From Aplysia californica (taxonomy: Eukaryota): DNA of 64,000 nt. Shown piece after piece: positions 13,353-25,243 of this stretch. Each line of letters opens with the position of its first letter. Positions within the stretch are counted from its first letter, which is position 1. Location: positions 401,202 through 465,201 of the forward strand of contig NW_004797292.1 in NCBI RefSeq assembly GCF_000002075.1, read 5' to 3'. Both the position numbers and the translations under genes were made by a program. A model generated the notes under the pieces. That model had not been told where the DNA came from. It saw only the letters and a program-made list of their open reading frames with translations, and ran no database searches.

Positions 13353-14535
13353 GGGGGGGGGGATTGGGGGAAGGGGGATTTGGGAAGAGAGAGGGGAGGG
13401 GTAGAGGTGACATGGGATGTGAGTGCATCGGTATCAAGTTGGGGCCAAAAGCTACATAACTTTGGGTTGTTGTTGGTTCTTTTTGTTTTTTTGTTTTGTT
13501 TTCTTTTTAATTTACGAAAGAAACTACATAGATAGTGGAACAAAAGTATATCATGGTATGATTCTGGTGCCAAAATCGGTAAACTTTCAAAATACAGGAT
13601 AGCTTACGTGGTTCGAAAGTTGCCGCACTCAGTTTTTTAAATGAGTACAATTCAGACTATTAGACCTACACTAAGCAACAATGTTCAGGCACAGAAGTAG
13701 ATATAATATCGTGTAAAACTATAACTGGAGAGACAAAGCTGCAGCTCATCCGTACTGGGATTCAAAGATCGCAAAAGGCCCGAACTAGATTAATTTGTAC
13801 CGATGCGTGTTCAAGTTTCCTTGAAATTTTGACAATGTTGGAGCCTCCCGTAAGTCTCTTGTCTTGGAGCTCCTCAAAACCTAGCGCAAAAGAGTAAAGT
13901 TTCTTACTCTCCCCCCCCCCCTCCCCCAATCCTTTCTCCCTTTATTTATTGCATCTGCTGTGCACTATTTTTTAATGCTGTAATAATTGCTTGACCAGAA
14001 AGGATGTGATGGGAGGCAGCAAATAACCATGAATCGTTAGTGTAATAGAACAATAGAGTGAATAAATGTGATATACAGCTCTGTAATGTTGGAGTAAGCT
14101 GTCAAATTTAAGGAGCCAGTGAAGCTTCATCAAGAACTGTCTTACGTGTTCCTTAAAATTAGCATTGCAGACATACGGGTCTCAGAGCAGCTGCAGTCTC
14201 AGATGGAAGGTTTACAAGAAGTGAGTTATAATTATAATAGCACAGGACATGACAAAGGGGGGAAAACAACTTTATGACAGGCATACATGTACCAGAGAGA
14301 GTCTATTTTTTTATATGGGGTTAATATTTCATTATAATAGTGCATTAACAGTACTTGCCATGATGATTCAGTTTAAGGTTGGCCCCAAAAGACGCTCCCC
14401 NNNNNNNNNNNNNNNNNNNNNNNNNNNNNNNNNNNNNNNNNNNNNNNNNNNNNNNNNNNNNNNNNNNNNNNNNNNNNNNNNNNNNNNNNNNNNNNNNNNN
14501 NNNNNNNNNNNNNNNNNNNNNNNNNNNNNNNNNNN

Positions 14536-16500
14536 GGCTAAGGCCACACCAGAGCAATTTTATTCTCATTTTAAAGACTTACTAAATCTCAGAAATAATG
14601 AATCATCAGAGGATTTATTACAGACACAAGTTGATCATGAAGTAGTTTCAACAAATGAGGATTTAGACACAAATGTATACTTGTATGATAATGAAATATA
14701 AACTTCTAAAGTTCAAAGCGTTCTGAGAAAACTGAACAAAGGAAAGGCTAGCGGATGTGACGAGATTGGTCCTGAATTCTATTCGAATGCATGTCCTTCC
14801 TTGATAATATACACGTGTTTGTTGTTTAATGCCATTTTTAACACAGGGAAGTACCCAAAAATGTGGTGTCAAGCCCTAATACATCCTCTCCTCAAGAAAA
14901 GTAGTACTTCAGATTCAAACAACTACAGGGGCATTGCACTTCTAAATATCATATCCAAGATAATGTCCAGTATATTGCATTCAAGACTCGCGGAATGGGC
15001 CGAGCAGACTAATGTAATTCCAGAATCGCAAGCAGGATTTCGTAAAGGTTATAGCACTATCGATCATATCTTCTCGATTCAATCAATAGTCCAAAAGCAC
15101 CTTTAAAAGAAACGTGGACGCTTCTATGTATTTTTTTTTTGATTTTTCAAAAGCATTTGACTGCGTCCCCCATGAAAAACTGTGGGCAGTCTTGAGGAAA
15201 AGAAGCCTGAGAGGGAAAATGTTAACATTACTACAAAGTATGTACTCGGAAGTTATGTGCTCTGTCCGTACTGGCCGGCATGAAATTACGGAATATTTTA
15301 ATGGCTTGTCGGGTGTTCGTCAAGGATGTATTCTTAGCCCACTTTTGTTCAATATTTATGTTTCTGAATTTGAATTGATGTTGAAAAACAGTGTTGTTAA
15401 AGGAGTTGAGCCCTTAATCAATGATGAACAAACTCGCAATTTAATGTACTCAGATGACATGTGCTTATTTTCAGACAATAGTGTAGACATGCAAAGGAAG
15501 ATCAATTCTTTGGAGAAGCATTGTAACCAGTGGGGACTGTATGTAAATTTGGAAAAGACTAAGATGATTGTTTTTAGAAATGGAGGCATGCTAAAGCGCT
15601 CTGAAAAATGGTTTTACAAAAAAGGCATTAAAGTAACCATGTACTTTAGCTATCTAAGGATGGTATTTTGTTCTCGCTTGCTATGGTCAAAGTGTAAAGA
15701 AAACTTATGTTGTAAAGCAACAAGGCTCACTTCCTGAGTGAGATGTCTAAGTGAAAGATATGAGCACTTGAATGTCCAAACTTTGTTCAAAATTTTTTAC
15801 ATCAAAATTAAGCCATTACTTTTGTACGGTTGTGAAGTATTGGGGGGGGGGGGTGGTGAAGAAATATGATAAAATAGAGAAGGTGCATGTTAAATTCTGC
15901 AAGGCCGTCCGAGCAATAAAATATTGGTATAAATTACTGGTAATGGATAACAAAAGGTATGCTAAGAAATTATATTTGCAAGCGTATGCATATGACCAAA
16001 ATAATCGGTACAGCTGGGCCACTGACATGAGGAAACTTTTATGTACAATAGGGTTTGGATACATGTGTTTTTTTTTCAAAATGTTGGTGATAAAATATTT
16101 CCCTGTCCCAAGTCAAAAAAAGACTGATAAATATTAGTCACCAGGACTGGCGTTTTAGGGTGTCTGACGTTTGTCCTGAGTACCTGGACTTCCATCCTAC
16201 GTTAAGCCCTGCACCGTACCTCTCATTCACTATCTCTGCAAGAGGTAGAAGGGTCCTTGTATTACTCAGAACTTTCAGTTTGTCGTTGAAAAATAATCTG
16301 TTCCAGTTGGGTATTGTCGACAGTAATCGTTGCCTGTAGTGTGATGAAAAGTATGTAGAAAATGAATTCCATGTACTGTTCAGATGTTCACAATATAATG
16401 AAATACGAGAGCAGCTTTTACCAGAGTGCGTCAGACTTCAGACACCCAAAGGGCCAATGTCTAAGCTCAATGGCATATTAGTCTGTTCAGATGAAGTCCA
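14536..16500 (+). mobile_element. Decayed non-LTR retrotransposon ORF2: RT domain plus C-terminal Cys/His motif; RTE-X-like clade tentative
   Basis: Motifs across stops and frameshifts: KLNKGKASGCDEI, NYRGIALLN, QAGFRKGYSTIDHIF, DFSKAFD, GVRQGCILSPLLFNIY, YSDD (Y-x-DD), VNLEKTK, and a terminal ENEFHVLFRC. The 5' end runs into a gap. Confidence 0.92.
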
Positions 16501-16624
16501 TTTTAAAAATATAATCTTAAATTATGTTATACGGAAACGTGTCCCAGGGAAAAGGTATTCATTCGCATATTATGTAAATCTATATTTACTGCAATATATC
16601 AATATGTACTATTTTATATGCATA

Positions 16625-19195
16625 TCTTATTATAATGTAGCTAAGCCCGTTTGTGGGGTCAGTAAAATCTTTTTACACAGGTGCCCATAAAATCTACAAA
16701 AATATGATTCAGACAATAATTGCCCCAAAGGGTTACGTGGGCATATTTTCAAAGTTCGGAAACTACCTTTTGATTTTTCAGGTTTAATGGTTTTCTTGTA
16801 AATTGAAGCTCGCGGATGTTTTCGCTTTACCTTTAGCCATTTCATATTTTACTGGGGACTACTTCTGTTTCAGTCGCAAGCTTTGTTGTGCGTGTGAGTA
16901 GCTCACAAGAACAGACGTGCGGTTTCTGCTTCGTCGTGTGTGTGCCACAGAGTTCTACTTTTTTAAAGAAGTTAACACGGACACAAGTGCGGTTTTTGTT
17001 TTGTCGTGTATGTATGCTACATAGCTCTATTTCAGCTGCTCCTATTGGCCCTTGGAATATTAGTTAACACAGTTAATTATGTAATAAGATGCCCCTTAAA
17101 CTTAAAGGTTTTTTTTAACCCCACGAAACAGAGGGGAAAACGAGAGGAAACGGAGAAAGGCGACTGTCAAACAGAATTTACCTTCTAATGGTCAGAATCT
17201 GGAGGAAGACTTTGAGCGTGCTAGGCCAAGAAAGAATGGGCCAACGTTGGTCATAGCGTGCAACGCACAGTCGTTTAGTGAAACTGATGTGACCGAAGAT
17301 TACGGACACATGACTCTGGTGAATTCAGTGTCGTCTGTGATCATTGCAATGCCATACGATGGAGAGAAGAGAGAAATACATTCTGCTGTCAAAATGGAAA
17401 TGATAGTATACCTGTACCTCCCCCACCTCCTCGGGAATTAATAAAGTATTACGATGTAGCACAGAGCGGCAGCCCTTTCTCACCACACTGTAGGTCATAC
17501 AATAATGCTCTCACCCTTGCTTCAATTGGGTGCAGTGAACAAGCTTCAAAATTCAGGGCAAGCCGTATCATCGATTAAGAAATCTTCTTCCCACTGCTGG
17601 AACTGAACCAAAGCTTGCACATATTTTTTTTTCATGACTCTGCCACAGAACTTCAGGATAGGGTGAGACTGTCACATATTTTACGGCCAGACATTTTGAA
17701 TGAACTTCAACCTGAGAGAGAGAAGGGGAGTCAAGAGTACCTAAAGCTTAATGAAGAACAAAGAGTCGAATATGATGCTTTGATAGAGTCAGTTGTACAG
17801 AAGCAAAGCAAGATATTTGCCCTAGTAGAGGCAAGTGGAGGGACTGGACAAACCCACACTATAAACCTAATTCTTGCGGCTGTCCATTCCTTTAAGAAGA
17901 TCGCCTTTGCTACAGCTCTGTCAGGCTTTGCTAATAACTCTGCTCTCAAATAGCAGAACATTACTCAGCAGATGCAAAATACCCCTTAGTATGAACGAAC
18001 AGTCCATGTGCAGTGTGAGTCCCCAAGATGCCAGTGGCACTTTATTACGCCAAACAGAGCTGCTCATCATTGATGAAGTATCGATGGGCCACAAACACAT
18101 ATTTGAAGCCATAGACCGGACACTTAAAGACATATGTGGGAATAACTCTCTGTTCGGTGGGCTAAATGTGCTGATGTCAGGTGAGTAGCGCCAAATACTA
18201 CCAGTAGTTTGCCATGGCTCAAGATCACAGATAGTCAATGCAACGCTGAAACCATCATATCTGTTGGAGCATGTTAATGTGCTCAGAATGACAAGAAACA
18301 TGAGGGTTTCGCTTACAGGTGAGACTGCTGATTTCTCCAACTATCTGGTGATGGCAAACACAATGTATGCTAGCAAATGCAGGAGTTTGCGATAAAACTG
18401 TCAGATGACATCACAGTAAAGAGTGAACGAGAGTTGATAAATTTTGTGTTCAGTAACTTCCAGTCTAACACAAATCCTGACTAGCTGGCTTCCCGCTACA
18501 TCATCTGTCCCACCAGCACAGAAGTAGACAGAATCAACAACCTGATCATGAAGTCCTTTCCTGGAAGAGAAAAAAACTGCCGGATCAGTGATTCGGTGGA
18601 AGAAAATGAACACCAATACCCCATCGAATTTATCAATTCTCTATGTCCGTCAGGTATGCTACCCCACAAACTGTCATTGCGGAAAGACAGCATTGTCATG
18701 TTGCTGAGAAATCTGGATCCCACAAACGGCCACTGCAACGAGACTCGCTATGTGGTCTAACACCTTCATCAACATGTAATTGATGCTGTCGTTGCTTGCG
18801 GTCTACATGCCGAAAAGAGACTTTTCATTCCAAGGATTCCCCTAATGCCTTCAGACAACATATTTCCCTTCCATATGCGGAAACAATTTCTGTTAGACCT
18901 GCTTTAGCAATGATTGCCAACAAAGCTCAGGGACAGACTTTGAAAAGGATAGGATTTCTTTATAGAGCGATTTTTTCCCATGGACAAATGTCGCAAAGAG
19001 TCGTGTTGGGTCCAGGGAATCTATTAGGATACATGCAAACAGACCTGCTGCCCAGGACGGAGTTCCAGATGGCGTATATACCAGCAATGTTGCCTACGCA
19101 GAGGTCCTACGGCAATGAATCAGGTACCGGTACAAACAATTTACCTTGGGCCTTCCTATCACTATATCACCGTTCGTAAAAGGGTCTGTGTCTAG
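16625..19195 (+). mobile_element. Helitron, non-autonomous and internally deleted: N-terminal Zn-finger region joined to a PIF1-type helicase remnant
   Basis: N-terminal CDHCNAIRWREE..FCCQNG, RSYNNALTLASIG, FKIQGKPYHRL. Helicase motifs ASGGTGQT, IIDEVSM, FGGLNVLMSG, RQILPV, LTRNMR-like RMTRNMR, MLLRNLDPTNGHCN, NKAQGQTL. The 3' end has an imperfect hairpin then CTAG|T at 19192-19196. The 5' A|TC at 16625 is tentative. Confidence 0.88.
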
Positions 19196-20309
19196 TATGT
19201 ATTAGTTTTAGTATGAGTTTTACGGCACTCGCAACACAATAAGGTCATATAAGTGCCGAACTAGTATGTATGAAAATACAATGGCAATCTTTATTCACGT
19301 ATCCCGATTTCTCTTGCTGCCTCATTCATAGCACTGTGTGGCATTTCTATTTCTGCCCTTTCTTATTTTCCTGAAATACATCGTTTACGATTATTGAAAA
19401 TCCAATGTCAATTGAAAGTCCAAAGTCAATTGGTGGATACGTGTGTTATTTCATACTTACTTCCCTAACAAGTGCTATTTTTATTGGATACAAACTGGTC
19501 ACAAAAACGCTTTTATACTTTATAAGTATGTACGTCTATGCATGTATATAATATTTATGGTATGTATGGNNNNNNNNNNNNNNNNNNNNNNNNNNNNNNN
19601 NNNNNNNNNNNNNNNNNNNNNNNNNNNNNNNNNNNNNNNNNNNNNNNNNNNNNNNNNNNNNNNNNNNNNNNNNNNNNNNNNNNNNNNNNNNNNNNNNNNN
19701 NNNNNNNNNNNNNNNNNNNNNNNNNNNNNNNNNNNNNNNNNNNNNNNNNNNNNNNNNNNNNNNNNNNNNNNNNNNNNNNNNNNNTGTATATAATGTGAGT
19801 GAGTACGAGTGTGTATGTGTGTATGTGCATGCGTCACGTGCGNNNNNNNNNNNNNNNNNNNNNNNNNNNNNNNNNNNNNNNNNNNNNNNNNNNNNNNNNN
19901 NNNNNNNNNNNNNNNNNNNNNNNNNNNNNNNNNNNNNNNNNNNNNNNNNNNNNNNNNNNNNNNNNNNNNNNNNNNNNNNNNNNNNNNNNATCCGATGTGC
20001 TGCACAAATGTATGTAATTGCCGAGCCATATGTTAAAATGTGTGGATGCCTTTCGAATCAATAAGTCATNNNNNNNNNNNNNNNNNNNNNNNNNNNNNNN
20101 NNNNNNNNNNNNNNNNNNNNNNNNNNNNNNNNNNNNNNNNNNNNNNNNNNNNNNNNNNNNNNNNNNNNNNNNNNNNNNNNNNNNNNNNNNNNNNNNNNNN
20201 NNNNNNNNNNNNNNNNNNNNNNNNNNNNNNNNNNNNNNNNNNNNNNNNAATTATTTACGTTCTGATATTTCCCTCCCGACACAACTGCACCATTATGCAC
20301 CGAAGTGTA

Positions 20310-20345
20310 AACCCGGAACTGAAAGAGCCAAGATGGCCGACTTCA
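20310..20345 (+). promoter_or_regulatory. Candidate TSS-proximal motifs of the EGF-TM gene: ETS-like CCGGAA (20313-20318) and YY1-like CAAGATGGCCG (20329-20339)
   Basis: Motif matches in a CpG-richer patch ~200 bp upstream of the ATG; function is inferred. Confidence 0.4.
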
Positions 20346-20541
20346 ACTTCAAGACAACCACAAAACACAAGGAAGATTTTCGTGTGCGTCGCCGTACACG
20401 ACATGGCCTGTAAAACACGGTCACGTTGTCTTAATAAACTCTGTGTCTCCAACCTATCAAAATGCAAGATTTGTCCTCCTTCCTCATATATCGCCCGAAA
20501 TGTGAACCAACACACGGAGCGTGTACGCACGACAAACTGAC

Positions 20542-20718
20542 ATGAACATCATGAAGCTCATGCACGTGCTTATTATGTTATACCTTGTGAGCAGTGCCGG
20601 CGACCTCTGTTATCATGCTGTGCAAGCCAGAGTGCGTGTCAAAAACGTGTGCAACAGTCAGCCTTGCCAGAACGGAGGTCAGTGCATTGATCTCAGTGAG
20701 CCAAGCGGCGTAAAGCGA
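20542..20718 (+). CDS. EGF-TM gene exon 1 (signal peptide and first half of EGF1)
   Basis: ATG at 20542, 59 codons, donor CGA|gtaagc. Confidence 0.85.
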
Positions 20719-23105
20719 GTAAGCTGGGGTTTTGGGGGGTTTTGTTTTGTTTTGGCTTGGTTTAGTTTTCCTAAAGAAGGCTAATCTCGGTAAGGGGGGT
20801 TTTGTGGGGGGGGGGGGGGTTTAATAAAAAAATCAATATAGATCTAGATCTAGATCTAGTCTAACAGGCCTAAATCTAGATCTAGATTATATATGTTTTA
20901 CGCTGTCGACGACATAATTTTGATCAATTAAGAGGCGAGGTTCGACCCTGCTTGTCAGAGCCATCCTGAGCTGAGAGGGATACGTGCCAACAGAAAACCC
21001 GAGATACTCGATAAAAATTATCCCATGTGAGAATCGAATTCAGATCTTCCGAGTACGACGCCATTTGTCTCAGCGCAACACCACAGACGCCAACGTGAGC
21101 AGCCTACTTCCTGTAGTATGCAAATACGCACTTTCGAGGATGAAGCACTTTTTTAAAAAATCCCTTGCCCATTTATTATGAGGTTGACGCCATCAAATTA
21201 GTAGAAAAAAGTGCGTATAAATATGTAAGTCATTGATCTGAGCGCGGTGATGATTTTAGAAATAATGGTGGTGATGAGTGATTGTGTGTGATTGCGTTTA
21301 AGTAATGTTAGCGTTAGTTAGTACTGTCTTCCTCTTCACTTTAAAGAAGATGGGGAAATATACGGAAGAAGTGGGATAAGGTACATCGTTGAGTAATAAA
21401 TCATTATGATCACGCCAAACAGAGCTGCTCATCATTGATGAAGTATCGATGGGCCACAAACACATATTTGAAGCCATAGACCGGACACTTAAAGACATAT
21501 GTGGGAATAACTCTCTGTTCGGTGGGCTAAATGTGCTGATGTCAGGTGAGTAGCGCCAAATACTACCAGTAGTTTGCCATGGCTCAAGATCACAGATAGT
21601 CAATGCAACGCTGAAACCATCATATCTGTTGGAGCATGTTAATGTGCTCAGAATGACAAGAAACATGAGGGTTTCGCTTACAGGTGAGACTGCTGATTTC
21701 TCCAACTATCTGGTGATGGCAAACACAATGTATGCTAGCAAATGCAGGAGTTTGCGATAAAACTGTCAGATGACATCACAGTAAAGAGTGAACGAGAGTT
21801 GATAAATTTTGTGTTCAGTAACTTCAAGTCAACCACAAATCCTGACTAGCTGGCTTCCCGCTACATCATCTGTCCCACCAGCACAGAAGTAGACAGAATC
21901 AACAACCTGATCATGAAGTCCTTTCCTGGAAGAGAAAAAAACTGCCGGATCAGTGATTCGGTGGAAGAAAATGAACACCAATACCCCATCGAATTTATCA
22001 ATTCTCTATGTCCGTCAGGTATGCTACCCCACAAACTGTCATTGCGGAAAGACAGCATTGTCATGTTGCTGAGAAATCTGGATCCCACAAACGGCCACTG
22101 CAACGAGACTCGCTATGTGGTCTAACACCTTCATCAACATGTAATTGATGCTGTCGTTGCTTGCGGTCTACATGCCGAAAAGAGACTTTTCATTCCAAGG
22201 ATTCCCCTAATGCCTTCAGACAACATATTTCCCTTCCATATGCGGAAACAATTTCTGTTAGACCTGCTTTAGCAATGATTGCCAACAAAGCTCAGGGACA
22301 GACTTTGAAAAGGATAGGATTTCTTTATAGAGCGATTTTTTCCCATGGACAAATGTCGCAAAGAGTCGTGTTGGGTCCAGGGAATCTATTAGGATACATG
22401 CAAACAGACCTGCTGCCCAGGACGGAGTTCCAGATGGCGTATATACCAGCAATGTTGCCTACGCAGAGGTCCTACGGCAATGAATCAGGTACCGGTACAA
22501 ACAATTTACCTTGGGCCTTCCTATCACTATATCACCGTTCGTAAAAGGGTCTGTGTCTAGTATGTATTAGTTTTAGTATGAGTTTTACGGCACTCGCAAC
22601 ACAATAAGGTCATATAAGTGCCGAACTAGTATGTATGAAAATACAATGGCAATCTTTATTCACGTATCCCGATTTCTCTTGCTGCCTCATTCATAGCACT
22701 GTGTGGCATTTCTATTTCTGCCCTTTCTTATTTTCCTGAAATACATCGTTTACGATTATTGAAAATCCAATGTCAATTGAAAGTCCAAAGTCAATTGGTG
22801 GATACGTGTGTTATTTCATACTTACTTCCCTAACAAGTGCTATTTTTATTGGATACAAACTGGTCACAAAAACGCTTTTATACTTTATAAGTATGTACGT
22901 CTATGCATGTATATAATATTTATGGTATGTATGGTATGTGTGTGGGCGTAGTATGTATGTATGTATGTATGTATGTATGTATGTATGTATGTATGTATGT
23001 ATGTANNNNNNNNNNNNNNNNNNNNNNNNNNNNNNNNNNNNNNNNNNNNNNNNNNNNNNNNNNNNNNNNNNNNNNNNNNNNNNNNNNNNNNNNNNNNNNN
23101 NNNNN

Positions 23106-23143
<38 letters not shown>

Positions 23144-25200
23144 CTCATCCTCTCATTTCTAACTATCAAGGCACAGTTGTGAAGGACAAAGTACTTCTAC
23201 AGTTACTAGCCCGATACGCTCTCATTTTGTTGCGGCAATGGTTCAGAGTATCACTTGTGCTTAATGCATTCATGAACCGAACAGAACATCTCTGTAATGA
23301 ATCGTTCCCAAAGAGTCTGATAAGACAGTTTTTGTGATTGTTTAAAAGGGAAAAGCTTTCCTACTTATTATTGTCCCTATACCTCCCATGCCATCTGTTG
23401 CTGTTCTGTGCTGTGTACTCTCATCGCTTTTCGTCCATAATATTATTTTTGAAGTGTTAACGGTCTGCAGAGNNNNNNNNNNNNNNNNNNNNNNNNNNNN
23501 NNNNNNNNNNNNNNNNNNNNNNNNNNNNNNNNNNNNNNNNNNNNNNNNNNNNNNNNNNNNNNNNNNNNNNNNNNNNNNNNNNNNNNNNNNNNNNNNNNNN
23601 NNTTGTTCAAGTGAGACTTTTCACCGTTCGAAGAATCTGATAATCCTATGTTCTGTTTATTGTACGACATGTACTTTCAAATCCACGGTTCGGTTGGTGA
23701 GCTGGGGGGGGGGGTCACGTGATAAGAAAGTATGCAATCAGACGTTGCCTTTTCTCTCCCCCATTGTGGAGTGACTGTTATTTTTATTAGGCTGCAATTC
23801 AGATTCTTTCACTTTTGATTACTCCCTGATCAATGTTAATTCATGCTCTTGTGTCTAAACAGTAACGATGTTCTCAAAAATAAATCCCTCACACACACGC
23901 ACGAGTGCAACCCCCCCCCCCTCTTTTCTTAACCCATCCAAACACACACGGCGCGCCCGCGACCAAACATACGTATGGGGCTCTCGTGGTCTATGGGAGT
24001 TCGCCTCTCATTCAATAGGCCCCAGGTTTGAAACCTGACAGCGGCACAAAATTTTCTTCTTAAAAATTTTCTTCTTTCGCCTCCTTTCCTGCTCTTTAAC
24101 CATGTTCTGTCGTTTTCTTTCGTTTCCACTTTCTGCCACCTCCCCTTTCCCTTTGCCCCCTCCTCTGGGCTCCTGGCTCTTTCTGCAGCCGTTCTTCTGC
24201 TAATCTTTTTGGCCCCTTCTTATTGCTGTCTTTCAGCCACACTCCTGATCTTACGGTTAGAAAGATATAACACCTAGCCTTCTCGGATAAGGGCTAACAA
24301 TCTCGGAGGTCACGTTTGTAAGTTGTGCACGTTAAAGATCCCTTGATGGTCCTAAAATCGATAAGAGCAGGCTGCAGCCGCCACCCATGCAAAATTCAAA
24401 ATTCCTACCAAACTGAAAATGTTTAGTGTGACCCGCGCGCTCATGTGATCGTATGCAGTTGCGAGTGCCGTAAAACTCTTACCAAAACAACAACAAAACG
24501 TTCGTACACAAATGAAGGGAAATATCCCATCACGACTCACACAATCACCGGCACGATGAAATATTGTTCACAGTTGGATCTCCTGCTACCGGGTAAATCT
24601 AGTTATCTACCTCATCACCATTAACAACAACAACAATGACTACTACAACATCTGTAGCCGAGGTGGTGATAAATTTAAAGTTTTGACAATGTGCATTCTG
24701 GTCTCTTTACAACGATTGAAGACACGCTGTTCTGGGTCATTTTTAAAAAAAGAAACATTACTTTGTACATTAAAACTGATTTTTCAGTTCTATTTTCTTT
24801 TAACTGAAACCTAAAATGATTACACTCTTACAATGAAATAAAAGTTCCTGATTAGTGTATGTATCATGATTCGAAATGTGTCTCAACATTTTAGTCTGCC
24901 GCTGATCGGACATAACAAGTGTCCGCTACATCTTTAAAGAGTTAAAGTCCCGTCTGTTATGTCCTCTATGGTAGCAAAAAAAAAAAAAAGAGCATAAATG
25001 CAGATCTACCCAAGATATTATGTCCGGACACAGTTCGAGTGCTCCTGCCTGGAAGGTTTCGAAGGGATCACTTGCCAGAAGCGGATAGACCCGTGCGGGA
25101 GAGAGCCTTGTCTCAACGGCGGAGTCTGCATGCCCAAGGGGGAGTACTACCACTGCATCTGCCCGGAGGAGTTTCAAGGTGAGCAAACAGACACACAGAC

Positions 25201-25243
<43 letters not shown>

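Noticed and set aside
13172-13573. ERER/SLSL/THTH/CVCV/YIYI ORFs here and at 22-359, 22885-23337, 25113-25490, 32530-33162 and 54207-54576
   Set aside because: They are translations of microsatellites and/or N gaps.
17615-19179. Cellular PIF1 helicase gene
   Set aside because: It is intronless with multiple stops and frameshifts, has Helitron-type N-terminal motifs, and ends in a CTAG terminus.
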